Shown here in pieces: positions 35,267 through 48,323 of a stretch of 64,000 nucleotides of DNA (position 1 is its first letter; every line of letters begins with the position of its first letter). The position numbers were made by a program, and so were the translations under genes. The notes below the pieces were generated by a model. It did no database searches, was not told the origin of the DNA, and saw nothing but the letters and a program-made list of their open reading frames with translations. The DNA lies in NCBI GenBank assembly GCA_002269645.1, contig NIVC01000381.1, positions 216,023 to 280,022 on the forward strand, written 5' to 3'. This DNA comes from Macrostomum lignano. Its lineage: Eukaryota.

Positions 35267-36833
35267 CTTGTCGCGGCGCTAGACTCTAAAAGAGATAAGA
35301 TTGCATTATTTCAAAGCTAGCTCGTACTTACAGCTCAGTATTTAATCTTGAAGATTACAAGCCGGCTTTGTTGTCAGTTTGCGTAAAAAATCTCACTTTA
35401 AACCGTTTCCCCGCCATGTTTGTCAGGAACAACACAGTGGGGAGGGCTTATAGATTTACTGCCGATATTGTCTTCCGGGATTCAGGGATTTTTAATCGCC
35501 TCAGTGTTTCTGGATACCAGTACTGATTTTCCCCTAGCGGAATTACTAATAAAAAGATTACAGTAAAAAAGTACAGTTTTAAAGGGACAGTATCTTGGCT
35601 GAAATGAAAGAAAAATTGCCATAAAGGCAACGAAAATTTACCTGAAAGCAGATACAATAGATATCTTTCTCAGGTCAAGTAGTCAAGAACTACCTCCTGC
35701 GATCTGGTTTTCGTTGCTTGATCTGCTTGCTGAAATGTTTCGACGTCCTTTAAGCTGACGATGAAGATGAGCCCCTTCCGAAGCAGAGAAGATTAGCCGG
35801 ACCCTCGCAGCGCTATTTACCTTTACAGACAGTGCGGCAGCGTCAGACTGTGAGAAATTCTGCTTGTTGAGCACCAGTTTGCATTGGCACCCCCTGCCGC
35901 TGGCTGAAACAATGAAACGCTCATCTTTATTACAGGGCAGGGGGAGGGCGAGAAGCTAGGCTTGGCCGTTCAATTCCAATCCATTTAGAGAGTGCAGAGG
36001 AGTTGAGCGTACATGTACATCATGAGCGTACATCGGAACACGCAGTTACTATATTTAGCATTTAGGCAACAGCTTTACCCCACTATTGTAGGTGCACACT
36101 CAGTGCTTGGGAATGGCGATATAGCTGAGACTTCTCTGGTTTCGTTTCTCTTCAAAGGTGTGTATGCAAGTTTGTGTGTGTTTTGTTCCTAAACCCTTCG
36201 TGTGCCTTTCCTCTGTTTGTGCCCGTAGCTATTGCTCTTTCCACTGTGAAGTTTTGGTCGTCAGCGGAATGGCACAAATGGCTTTTGCAAGGCCTGTTGT
36301 CGACTTTTTCTTCGTGGCTTCTGTTCTCCTTCTCATGTTTACCGTTCAATGTCGATTCTTCTTTTGTCTCCAGTCTGACGACTTTATTTGACTATACTTT
36401 TAAAAAGTCTGACTTGTCCCCAAAAGCATAAAGCGATGAGCTGAAAGTAGACAGTAAATCAAAATGTAACCTGATCGATGGTTATATGTTTGACTAGCAA
36501 TTAGTATTGGTTTGACAGCGGACTAAAGCATCAGAGCAGGGCAGAAGATCCAATTAAAAATGCTGTCTACGCCCCCTGATGCCATTTTTGTATTGCTAGG
36601 TGGTTCCTTCACGCGTTATTAAAATCAAGCATAGTCTAGATTTGGAAATGTTACATTAGACTATGAAGTTTTCCAGAGTCATCTATAAGAGTCGTTGCAG
36701 TTATGAAAATTGGTAAAATGGGAAAGGGCGACTGTATTACGAGCGTATTTTTATTACTATTATTATTACTATTACTAGTATTAAATACGCACGCCGATAG
36801 GTGCTTATTTTTAGTTTTATAATATTAAATGAC

Positions 36834-37140
36834 GGGGGTTGTAGCCTAGTGGCTAAAGCGTCGGACTCACGACTTCACGGCCGGGGGTTCGATTCCCAAT
36901 CCCACTCGGAACAATTTGTGACCTTGAGCAAAATGCTTAACTCTGCATTGCTTCAGTTCACCCGGCTGTAAAATGGGTGCCAGCATTAGCTGGGGTAGTT
37001 GAGGCTGTGTGGCGACCCCCCAGTCCTTGGACTGAACAGCCGTACGCAGCCTTCAGATGCGCCGCGCAATAGCTGCGGCTGAGCTGTCGGTTGCAGACCT
37101 GCCCGGGCAGGTGTAATCAATTATATTATTATATTATTTT
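36834..37140 (+). mobile_element. tRNA-derived CORE-type SINE, copy 1
   Basis: Pol III A box tagcctagtgg and B box ggttcgattcc. The central gtgaccttgagcaaaatgcttaac...cttcagtt...ctgtaaaatggg resembles the CORE domain. AT-rich (TAT) tail. Second copy at 42718-43021. Confidence 0.85.
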
Positions 37141-37452
37141 TATTGAAGCGATCTAATTGATATAGCAACAGAAAAAAAAATTATTGAATAAAAATATCTA
37201 AATTTTCTACGAATTATTTCTTTTGTTTTTCGCATTTTTCAACTGTAACGGAATTAAAAATATATTCTCATATGCACACAGAATAATTCGAGATTTGGTT
37301 CTCTATTACGCTCGAATGTCATCGAATTAATCGTCCATGACAGTAGGTGATACTTAATATTGAAGTCTTTCAGGTCGCCTTCAATCATTTGCTTGGCAGT
37401 CTCATTCTTTTTGGGATGAATAGCTAGATTTGGACAGTTCTCGCCATGGTGT

Positions 37453-38851
37453 GACGATCCTTCAATCTGACGATCCTTCAATCTGACAATCCTTCAATCT
37501 GACAATCCATCAATCTGACAATCCATCAATCTGACAATCCATCAATCTGACAATCCATCAATCTGACAATCCATCAATCTGACAATCCATCAATCTGACA
37601 ATCCATCAATCTGACAATCCATCAATCTGACAATCCATCAATCTGACAATCCTTCAATCTGACGATCCTTCAATCTGACAATCCTTCAATCTGACAATCC
37701 ATCAATCTGACAATCCTTCAATCTGACAATCCATCAATCTGACAATCCTTCAATCTGACAATCCATCAATCTGACACTCCTTCAATCTGACAATCCATCA
37801 ATCTGACAATCCATCAATCTGACAATCCATCAATCTGACAATCCATCAATCTGACAATCCATCAATCTGACAATCCATCAATCTGACAATCCATCAATCT
37901 GACAATCCTTCAATCTGACAATCCATCAATCTGACACTCCTTCAATCTGACAATCCATCAATCTGACAATCCATCAATCTGACAATCCATCAATCTGACA
38001 ATCATTCAATCTGACAATCCTTCAATCTGACAATCCATCAATCTGACAATCCATCAATCTGACAATCCATCAATCTGACAATCCTTCAATCTGACAATCC
38101 ATCAATCTGACAATCCTTCAATCTGACAATCCATCAATCTGACAATCCTTCAATCTGACAATCCATCAATCTGACACTCCTTCAATCTGACAATCCTTCA
38201 ATCTGACAATCCATCAACCTGACAATCCTTCAGTCTGACAATCCATCAATCTGACACTCCTTCAATCTGACAATCCATCAATCTGACAATCCATCAATCT
38301 GACACTCCTTCAATCTGACAATCATTCAATCTGACAATCCTTCAATCTGACAATCCATCAATCTGACAATCCATCAATCTGACAATCCATCAATCTGACA
38401 ATCCTTCAATCTGACAATCCATCAATCTGACAATCCTTCAATCTGACAATCCATCAATCTGACAATCCATCAATCTGACAATCCATCAATCTGACACTCC
38501 TTCAATCTGACACTCCTTCAATCTGACAATCCATCAATCTGACAATCCATCAATCTGACAATCCATCAATCTGACAATCCATCAATCTGACAATCCATCA
38601 ATCTGACAATCCATCAATCTGACAATCCATCAATCTGACAATCCATCAATCTGACAATCCTTCAATCTGACGATCCTTCAATCTGACAATCCTTCAATCT
38701 GACAATCCATCAATCTGACAATCCATCAATCTGACAATCCATCAATCTGACAATCCATCAATCTGACAATCCATCAATCTGACAATCCATCAATCTGACA
38801 ATCCATCAATCTGACAATCCATCAATCTGACAATCCTTTAATCTGACAATC
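37453..38851. repeat. 16-bp minisatellite (aatccatcaatctgac), about 87 units, abutting the 3' end of a LINE fragment
   Basis: Read directly; ccat/cctt variants. Confidence 0.96.
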
Positions 38852-39385
38852 TGGTCTCCGGGAATTCGGATGCAGCGGGGAGGCGTTGCCACCCATTCCG
38901 CTAACCCCTGGCGACCACGGGCAGCTGGTGCTGCGGTGTCGCGCAGGGAGTTACGGTGGTGCCGGTGTCCGCAGTGCGGCCCCCCTCCGGAGAGTCCAGG
39001 AGGTGGATGGTTGCTCGCCCAGTAGTGGACGAGAATTCTCGGGCCTGAAAACGTCAGAAAGATCCGGGTTTGGGCCGAGGTAGGTGAGCCTGTCCTGAGT
39101 AAAGGCGGGGCATTCACAGATGAAGTGCTCCGCATTCTCGACACCGGAGAGGCAGAATGGGCATTCCTCACTGCGGATTTTTCCCTGGAGGTGATGATGC
39201 CTGGCAAAACAGCCATGACCCGAGAGGGCTATTGTCACCGCTCTGATGTCCCTGCGGTTGACTCCAAGCAGGGCCTTGCGCAGGGCGGAAGAAGGACAGG
39301 GGACAGCCGCACGGGATTGCCGGCAGTCGGGGGCGTTAGCCACCTCTCCCTGTGCTTTGAAGCCACGCACTGGTTGATCCGAGTG
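38852..39385 (-). mobile_element. 5'-truncated non-LTR retrotransposon 3' end (RT C-terminal CCHC knuckle; LOA/I-group-like)
   Basis: ...HRERW/..DCRQSR...[58 protein letters not shown]: xGH plus C-x2-C-x8-H-x4-C motif typical of LINE ORF2 ends. Confidence 0.85.
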
Positions 39386-40994
39386 GTGATAAATTGTCAG
39401 ACGTTAATGTGTTGCTAGGGTAGATATTTTTGTAGTCCAACATTTTTCTCAGGAACTCACGCTTCTTTGTTAAAGTAAACTATTTGCTTCTCTTGATTAA
39501 TATATAGCTTCAAACATCAGCATTCAGCTCTTTGATAATTTCTGTTCGATTGGCCTAATTTCGCTCACGTCATGACACTAAAGCGACCTTTTCAACGACT
39601 CTTAAGCGCTTCTTTAACGTTTTCAACAAGGACTGCAGGATTGGGTAACGGATATTCTGCATGTGCACAAGGCGAATTAAAAGGCGAGTTTTTTGGCGTT
39701 TTGTGTTTTATAGTTTGCCAATTTCTTGGCATTTAAATAAATCAAGTCCTTCTAGGTGGCTACTGATGCCTGCTTGTGTTAGTAGCTAATAAAGCATTTT
39801 CATTTTTAGCTACTTTTACGCTGAAGATAGAAATTTAAATCCCAGTGCCACGAAGCTGCTCTGAAATGCATCGCTGGTTGGCTTGAAAAGTGCCGGTTTT
39901 GCAAAGCTAGATTTTCTGTAGAAACTCGCATGCAGTTTGTTCTACAGAAAGTCGAGGCCGACAAAAAAAGCCTTTTAATTTTACCGAAAGAAATTCTATT
40001 TAAAAAATGATTTGCTGCGACGGCTGAAATAGCTTCCTAAATAACAAAAACGGCTGATAAGCAGAGATGGGTTGCTGATTGAACAATTGAACAAGCGCTG
40101 GTTCAATCCATGCAGTCTGGTGAGCTGCTAGTTCTACAATAGAACTAGAGACTCAAGCTTAGCAATTACTTTCCACACCCGAATGCAGATCTACAGACTC
40201 AACCATTGATCACTCCTAGCAAAAATTTTCGTTTTCTCGAGTTTGTCTATGGTAAAACCCGCGGCCAGATCGTATTTTATTGTGTTTATCTGTTCAAAAT
40301 TTGTTCAAGAGAGCGCTTTAGCTGAGCGACTGTCTTCTTCGTGTTTCCAGTTTAAAAAACTCGATTTTTACAAGCTATAATCTTCATAAACTTGTGCATT
40401 AAAGAAAGAAATCGGGTATCAATCAAGATTAAATCAATTTCCATAGCGTGGACATACCATGGAATGTCCTAGTAAAAGATGATAGTTGCATAGGTTAAAC
40501 GTTGTTGGCATCTCTAAATGGGATGGCTTTTTTATCAGTGGGTGGGAAGGCACGTACAGACGGCTTATTATTCCCTTTCCCATTGTTACTATGGTTTACC
40601 ATACTCCATAGCGCTTCCTATGGCAGTGTCGATGTCGTTGTCGATGTCTATGGCCAGAATATACCAGAAGGCAGAAAGAGATCGGCCTGAGGATTTACAT
40701 ATTTCTCAATGAAGTAACTATTCCCATCTAATTTGCAAAGGCGGGAAGAAACGTCTTTTCTCTTCCCGAGAGCCAGAAGCCCATGGATTGCAATGTGAAT
40801 CAGACGCAAGATTCGTTTCTCCACCCGCTTGGATAAATTTTAGTGTATGGAATCATTTTCATAGTCTATGGTCGAAGCTCTAGTTCATTTAAAGTTATGT
40901 TGAGAGAAGCATCTTCCTTGCATTGGATGCATCTATACGCTTTGGATCCGGAATTGGAAAATTTGCTTGAAGATCTTGCCGATCTCGGAGCTGA

Positions 40995-41161
40995 AGTATT
41001 GGCTGAACTGGAGTAACCGGCTCTTCCACCGAGCCGGTACCAATCGTGTCAGAAGCGGGTCTATGTGAATTTAGTAACCGAAATTTAGTAACCGTGAATT
41101 TAGTACCGCTCGAATTTAGTACCGAAATTTAGTAACCGTGAATTTAGTACCGCTCGAATTT
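40995..41161. repeat. 167-bp tandem duplication of the left foldback junction (flank plus element start)
   Basis: agtattggctgaactggagtaaccggctc...gggtctatgtgaatttag occurs at 40995 and again at 41162. Confidence 0.88.
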
Positions 41162-41223
41162 AGTATTGGCTGAACTGGAGTAACCGGCTCTTCCACCGAG
41201 CCGGTACCAATCGTGTCAGAAGC

Positions 41224-42652
41224 GGGTCTATGTGAATTTAGTAACCGAAATTTAGTAACCGTGAATTTAGTACCGCTCGAATTTAGTACCGCCTGAATTT
41301 AGTACCGCCTGAATTTAGTACCGCCTGAATTTAGTACTGCCTGAATTTAGTACCGCCTGAATTTAGTACCGCCTGAATTTAGTACCGCTCGAATTTAGTA
41401 CTGCCTGAATTTAGTAACGCCTGAATTTAGTACCGCTCGAATTTAGTACCGCCTGAATTTAGTACCGCCTGAATTTAGTACCGCTCGAATTTAGTACTGC
41501 CTGAATTTAGTACCGCCTGAATTTAGTACCGCCTGAATTTAGTACCGCCTGAATTTAGTAACGCCTGAATTTAGTACCGCTCGAATTTAGTACTGCCTGA
41601 ATTTAGTAACACCTGAATTTAGTACCGCTCGAATTTAGTACTGCCTGAATTTAGTACCGCTCGAATTTAGTACTGCCTGAATTTAGTACCGCCTGAATTT
41701 AGTACCGCCTGAATTTAGTACCGCTCGAATTTAGTACTGCCTGAATTTAGTAACGCCTGAATTTAGTACCGCCTGAATTTAGTAACGCACATATATGTAG
41801 GCACAAAATATATTATGTATAAAACTAATGTATAATATATATATATAGTGAAGTTGCAGAACAATAGAACTTTCCTTCACTTCATATTCACTTCCTTTCC
41901 TTCAGGAAGTACTATACTAATGTATTATACTATGTATTATACTATGCATGTATACTATGTATAATACACTAGTATAGTACTAATGTATTAGTATTGTACT
42001 ATCTCTCAGCTGCACCATTTGTTGCGTTACTAAATTCAGGCGGTACTAAATTCAGGCGGTACTAAATTCAGGCGGTACTAAATTCAGGCAGTACTAAATT
42101 CGAGCGGTACTAAATTCAGGCAGTACTAAATTCGAGCGGTACTAAATTCAGGTGTTACTAAATTCAGGCAGTACTAAATTCGAGCGGTACTAAATTCAGG
42201 CGGTACTAAATTCAGGCAGTACTAAATTCGAGCGGTACTAAATTCAGGCGTTACTAAATTCAGGCGGTACTAAATTCAGGCAGTACTAAATTCAGGCGGT
42301 ACTAAATTCAGGCAGTACTAAATTCGAGCGGTACTAAATTCAGGCGGTACTAAATTCAGGCGGTACTAAATTCAGGCGGTACTAAATTCAGGCGGTACTA
42401 AATTCGAGCGGTACTAAATTCAGGCGGTACTAAATTCAGGCAGTACTAAATTCGAGCGGTACTAAATTCAGGCGTTACTAAATTCAGGCGGTACTAAATT
42501 CAGGCAGTACTAAATTCAGGCGGTACTAAATTCAGGCGGTACTAAATTCGAGCGGTACTAAATTCAGGCGGTACTAAATTCAGGCGGTACTAAATTCGAG
42601 CGGTACTAAATTCACGGTTACTAAATTTCGGTTACTAAATTCAAGGGCACCC
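41224..42652. mobile_element. Foldback-like element with inverted arrays of a 16-bp minisatellite (gaatttagtaccgcct)
   Basis: Left array ~41232-41788 and inverted right array ~42022-42642 share the distinctive end tgaatttagtaaccgaaatttagtaaccgtgaatttag. AT-rich ~235-bp spacer. No clean TSD found. Confidence 0.78.
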
Positions 42653-42717
42653 CGTAAAGAAGTATAGTTGGCTGAGTTCACGTGGCAAGAGAGTAAGAGA
42701 CACGTCTTCTTTTAATA

Positions 42718-43021
42718 AGAATAACAATAATTGATTTCACCTGACCTAATGGGCAGATGTGCAACCGACAGCTCAGCCGCAGCTATTGCGCGGAGCATCT
42801 AAAGGCTGCGTACGGCTGTTCAGTCCAAGGATTGAGGGGTCGCCACACACCCTCGATTACCCCAGCTAATGCTGTCACCCATTTTACAGCTGGGTGAACT
42901 GAAGCAATTCAGTGTTAAGCATTTTGCTCAAGGACACAAATTGTTCCGAGTGGGATCGGGAATCGAACCCCCGACTTTCAAGTCGTGAGTCCGACGCTCC
43001 AACCACTAGGCTACAACCCCT
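42718..43021 (-). mobile_element. tRNA-derived CORE-type SINE, copy 2
   Basis: Reverse complement is highly similar to 36834-37140, with A and B boxes intact. Confidence 0.85.
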
Positions 43022-43591
43022 GACTGAACCCCTGACTTCTTTTAAACACCATTATACCAATATTGATGGGCTGCAGAGGGCAGAGACATTGGGTGGGAAT
43101 AGACCAAGGAGTTAGAGTTCTATAATTAGCATCTGGAGTGGAAGCGAAGAAACACCCGTTACATCATGAGGCCAGTTTTTCTTATTGATTTCTATTACTT
43201 TTTTCTTTGCTTTCTGTAGAATCTGTCCAACTAAAAAGTGAAGCGACGGAATTTTTGCTGGCGAGTGTTTGTATTCAAATAATTGAAATTAAAATAAAAA
43301 TCGAGTATAAAATGGTGACGTAGAACGGGCAAAGGAATGTACACAAAACGGAAGTGAGCAGGTTAGATTTTTCAGAGCAGTGGCATCTCAGACGGAAGTT
43401 ACTTTGTCATTGACAAATCAAAGTTACATGTACTTGTTTGAGCTAGCACTAGAAATTTTGCTAGAGAATGGAAGACACCCACTTCCTAATCAATTGGCGC
43501 AATCTGCCATGCCACGAGCTCGGTAATGTCGATTTTTTTAATTGAACTTCATTTCTGAGTCCACCACTATCAACAGACGTGACAAGTTTGC

Positions 43592-44914
43592 TTGGTGAAA
43601 AGTGACCGTTCTGACGAGGAACTGCCTTGTCTAGATGAAGAGCAAATGGACATCTCCGAGATGGATCGAATTGAGATTGAAAGTTTGCCGAACGAGACGC
43701 GCAAGCAAATGTATCAGCACGGCGAACGGTTTCGCGATTTTCTCGCGAATGAGAAACTTCGAAAAGCCACAGCTGTACCTACGGAAACGCTTAATCAGTA
43801 CTTAATGTACTATTACTATAAACTCAGGAAGCAAGATGGAAAGCCTTATTCACCCGCTTCTCTTATCTGCATCAGGACGGGGATACAGAGGTATCTGCGC
43901 ATGATTCATAAATTGAAAGTGGATGTCATCACTGGCCAAGAATTTCGATCAGCGAACGAAATGCTTCATGTGCAGGTTAGAAAGTTTCATCAGGAAGGCG
44001 GTGACATCCAGCAATTCGAGCCGATTGAAGCTGGCGACATGTTGAAACTGACAGACTATTTTCAACGAGGAACCGCTGAAACCGAGCAGGATAGATTCCT
44101 GTTCTACGTTCCTTACAGTCTGGGTGAGAGTGGACAAGAACACTTGAAGTATTTGAAGCATAGAAGCGTACTCGAATTGCACACTGACGCTGATGGTAGT
44201 ACTATTGCCTGCCAACGCTTCCGTCAAAGAACAAGACTGCCGATCCAGTGAAGGCTAAATTGCGCAAGGATAACAAACAGGCCCGTATCTACGAGACCGC
44301 CAACGTTCGAAGATATCTGGATCTGCTGCCCCCGCAAACAAAGGACAATCACCTTTTTTCCGCGGCCGTTAGCAAGTAGCGATGGAAGCATCACGTACTC
44401 TATGAAGCAAAATCGCGCTGACAATTACCTACAACGCTTTATGCGTAATCTAAGTGAGAAAGTCTTGATTCGTATACGCTTTGGACAGACATTGTATTAG
44501 GTGAGTCTAAGAATTAGTCGATTTTGTCAATTAACTATCCGATAAAAATATTAATGCTAAGCTATTTATTTATTTATTTATTTATCCAGAGTCACCCGAG
44601 TCTGTGATTTGGAGGGCGCTGGACACAGTTTGAGTGATATTATGTCGATTACCGGCCAGACCTCAGAGAGGACAACACGCCGATATCCAGCCAGACCGCG
44701 TGATCGTTCCTTGCAGAAGAACAGCGCAGCGGTTTCTTTGGCTCTACAGTTACATACGGCTGAAGATGCGTCTGTCGCAGTCCCTGATCAGGATTCAGAG
44801 GCCACTGTCTCGTTTCAATCGGCTATGAGCTTCTCCAGAATCAACAGCCACGAAAATGTTGGGTCTAAGTTCACTTTTCAAGGGTGCACGTTCACTGACT
44901 GTAAATTCAACTAG
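43592..44914 (+). mobile_element. Crypton (tyrosine recombinase, DUF3504/CryptonA-like) relic with one intron
   Basis: LRKQDGKPYSPASLICIRTGIQRYL...EFRSANEML...EPIEAGDMLKL. After frameshifts, ...HCIR is split by intron 44501-44589 (AG|gtgagt...ccag|A), then VTRVCDLEGAGHSLSDIMSITGQTSERTTRRY (H-x-x-R ... TGH>TGQ ... Y). The catalytic R of GxRG reads GESG, so the element is probably inactive. Confidence 0.85.
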
Positions 44915-45188
44915 TTTTTTACGAGAAATTTTGAAACTGAGACTTCTGCGAGGGACGCATTGATTACTAAGTCTTGGATCCAAAACTCTTACGAGCTGTT
45001 GTTGAATGGTTCTTCTCTGTTAAAATTCAATTGTCGTACTCGTTCGCTTTCTAAAATGATATCCCGGTAAATTGCTTCATTGTCGATTTCAATGACCTGC
45101 TTGAATGTCATTGCCTTAACGTAAATTATCATAGACATTTTGAACAATGGATTAACGTAAATTACCATAGACATTTTGAACAATGGAT

Positions 45189-45291
45189 AAATAATCATCG
45201 GTCCCAGTGCGTGACAACGATTGTCTGGCGAGCGCTGGTAGGCGCGAGCCATAGACAAATCGTTGTCACGTGCTGCGACCGCAGATTCTTT
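45189..45291. other. Imperfect ~100-bp palindrome, probable Crypton subterminal hairpin
   Basis: aaataatcatcggtcccagtgcgtgacaacgattgtctggc pairs with gccatagacaaatcgttgtcacgtgctgcgaccgcagattcttt. Confidence 0.65.
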
Positions 45292-47384
45292 GCATTGTTT
45301 TTCTGTTTGACGATCCTAAAAACAATGCATTGTTTGCAGTCATGTATTGTTCTGCATAAAAAATGCGAATAATGATCGTCAAATTGCTAAACAATGAGGC
45401 TCTAAAGCACGAGTGCGCTTGGCGACAGCAGAAGATTTCCTGTTTGGCGGGAAAACCCTACAATACATTTCTATTCAACCAGTAGCTATAAATTACTGAC
45501 TATCGACCTTGTCAGCCTTAAAGTTATTTCAGACGGATATTAGATAACCTTCAGAGACTTTGTTCAACCAAAATAGTCGCATAAAGCAGATAAAAAAGCA
45601 TTTTTCAAAATTATTGACAAGCTAAATTAGAAATTTCAGGAATTCACTAGGACGGATATTTAACTCGTAAATCTCGTCAAGCACACTGCTTGAGCATTCT
45701 CTGCTGCAGGTTGCCAAAGCTACTCGAAAATCCGTGAACTTCCTAGACTAGACATCAGTTTATTTAAAAAAATATAATTTTAATCATTTTAATGGTATTT
45801 TATATACAGGGGCCGACTGTTGCTATTTTAATTTAAGATATTTATGCGCAGAAAGTCTTCTATCTTTCTGCGACATCGTAGAAAACTGATGTCGGAGGAC
45901 GCTGCACTCGTTTTTTTTATAAATGAGCTGGCGCGCCCGGTAAGGAACGGATGTTTGTCGGATTGCCAGCGCATTCAGAAGGCCCTAAGCAGCGACAAAC
46001 ATATACGACAAACATATAGTCCTTCTACTGCAGTTATCCATGTACTCTTTAAATTGTATTGTCCAGATCAAGGTGACCCTGAGCACTCACTCAGGTCCTG
46101 ACTGACCATGAGTCGCACCATAAATCACAGTCCGATTTTCCTGCTCAAAAGATGCACCGTGTTGCATTTATTGAATTGTAAATTTATGCAAATCGTAAAC
46201 AAGACAATGGAAAGCAATATCTAGAGTCGGAGAGTCAGTCAGCAGGGGCTGCGGTAGAACTGAGCAGCCAATAGAATTTCTAGTAGCCCATGCAGCAACC
46301 TCAGGCTCCGATGGTTGAGCGTCGCAACCGTGTGGTATTAATACTCGGGCAGAGTCGATGCCAGCCATCCTCTCCTTCACAGCCTTTTTGAGGAATCTGC
46401 TGTGAGAACACGGACAAAAGTAGTTAGCTGAATATCTTCAGAGTTGGAAATGAATACCTGCTTCTGTCTGACAAGTTCCAGCGTGCTGCTGCTGCTGCTG
46501 CTTTCCTTGACAACGCCAGCGCACGCTAACTCGATAGTGAACTCGGACTCAATTAGCGACGCAGGTGAGACCGTGTCGTATTTTGTTTATAAAATGAAGC
46601 TTAACGTAACACAATAAATCAACACCTGCAAACATTTCCAGAGCTAAAAGATGCTGACGACAATGTAGAGCAGCTTTACCTGGACCTGTTGGCTCGTAGA
46701 AATGGTAATGAGCATGCACAAACACATTGAACTATCACATTAATCGCTGCCAGCATTGCATTAGTAATTTCTGCAATCACCCGCAGGCGACATTGCGGGC
46801 TCCCATGGACCAGGAGACTGCTAAAACGTCTGCAAGCTGCCGCAATCAAGAAGCGCAACGAGCTGCCACCAATCTCTACTCTGCGATTCGGCTAACGAGG
46901 AGCAGCGCGGGGGTCGTTGATGAGTCACGAGAGCCGTCACCGCAAATCTGACTATTGACACAGACTGACTTTGATCCCCTGCATCTCTATTAATTTTATT
47001 GCCTAGCTGAAACCCAAATGTTTCAATTGAAATTAATGGAAATACACTGGTTCGGGGGCTGAGTGAGCTCTCGTTCTCCAGTCATGATGAAATGGCTTGA
47101 TAAAAATAACAATCTATTATTATCTTTATTGTTAATTGCTAGAGCTGAGTCAGGCTTTCATAGTCAATTAAACTGGATAATTGTGTGGGCGAATTGTGAC
47201 TACAGGTCGCTCTATGGCTCAAACCAGAGATGGCCAGATACCCGCAATTATGAACCTCAACCACGTGCATGTGGCTTTCCGAATTTTTCAGATGAAAATG
47301 CAATTGTATTTCCCTTGCCATCAGCCTTTATAGGCACATTGTTATGACTGCACTTGTATCACTACCTGCATCCACACTCATGAC

Positions 47385-47885
47385 TCCCTGCATCAGCCTC
47401 ATAACTCCCTGCATCAGCCCCATAACTCCTTGCATCATTCTCATAACTCCCTGCATCAGCCTCATAACTCCCTGCATCAGCCCCATAACTCCTTGCATCG
47501 TTCTCATAACTCCCTGTATATTACTACCTGCGTCATCCTGACTACACCTCCCTGCGTCATCCTGACTACACCTCCCTGCGTCATCCTGACTACACCTCCC
47601 TGCATCATCCTGACTACATCTCCCTGCATTATCCTGACTACATCTCCCTGCATCATACTGACTACACCTCCCTGCATCATCCTGACTACACCTCCCTGCA
47701 TCATCCTGACTACACCTCCCTGCATCATCCTGACTACACCTCCCTGCATCATCCTGACTACACCTCCCTGCATCATCCTGACTACACCTCCCTGCATCAT
47801 CCTGACTACACCTCCCTGCATCATCCTGACTACACCTCCCTGCATCATCCTGACTACACCTCCCTGCATCATCCTGACTACACTA
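47385..47885. repeat. Adjacent 21-bp (cctgcatcagcctcataactc) and 24-bp (cctccctgcatcatcctgactaca) minisatellites
   Basis: Read directly; the switch is at ~47520. Confidence 0.9.
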
Positions 47886-48323
47886 CACATCCAGCAACAA
47901 AAAAACTAGAAAGTGGAATATTTCAGCAATGAAAATCATGGCTTGAATTAGCAGCATTGAGTACTGAGCTTTAACTCGCTCAACTGAGCAGGTTGAATAC
48001 CGCTTTGCCGTAGCTCAGTTCGGTGTACCTGCAAGGCAAATGCTGACTGCTTCTTGCCCATCGAAGCCTGACGTGAGCGGCTATTGAAAAATAAGCAAAA
48101 TGATAGCCAAATTTAGTTGGCGAAGCTTCATCACTTTGTTTATTGTCAAGCAGAGGGAGTATGTTTAAATCATTTTCCTGATTATGCACTTCTTTAACAG
48201 AATCGAAAACGATTCACGATTTTTACGGTTGAAAATTTTTGCTCTTTGCGACGGTGCTATTGGGAGAATGTTTTTGCGTATTTTGGACTTTTATTGGCAC
48301 CTTGATTCGCATTTCAATTAGCT

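Noticed and set aside
36834-36910. tRNA gene (also 42945-43021)
   Set aside because: A and B boxes are present, but the cloverleaf is imperfect and the sequence continues into a shared ~230-bp body and tail. It is a SINE head.
40440-41000. Coding-like patch with a CxxC (YRCIQC) on the minus strand
   Set aside because: Stops in all frames and no recognisable family. Possibly a decayed TE, but it cannot be supported.
45850-47000. GC-richer segments with possible GT/AG sites on the minus strand
   Set aside because: I could not assemble a consistent multi-exon ORF or recognise a domain. Needs RNA-seq or tBLASTn.
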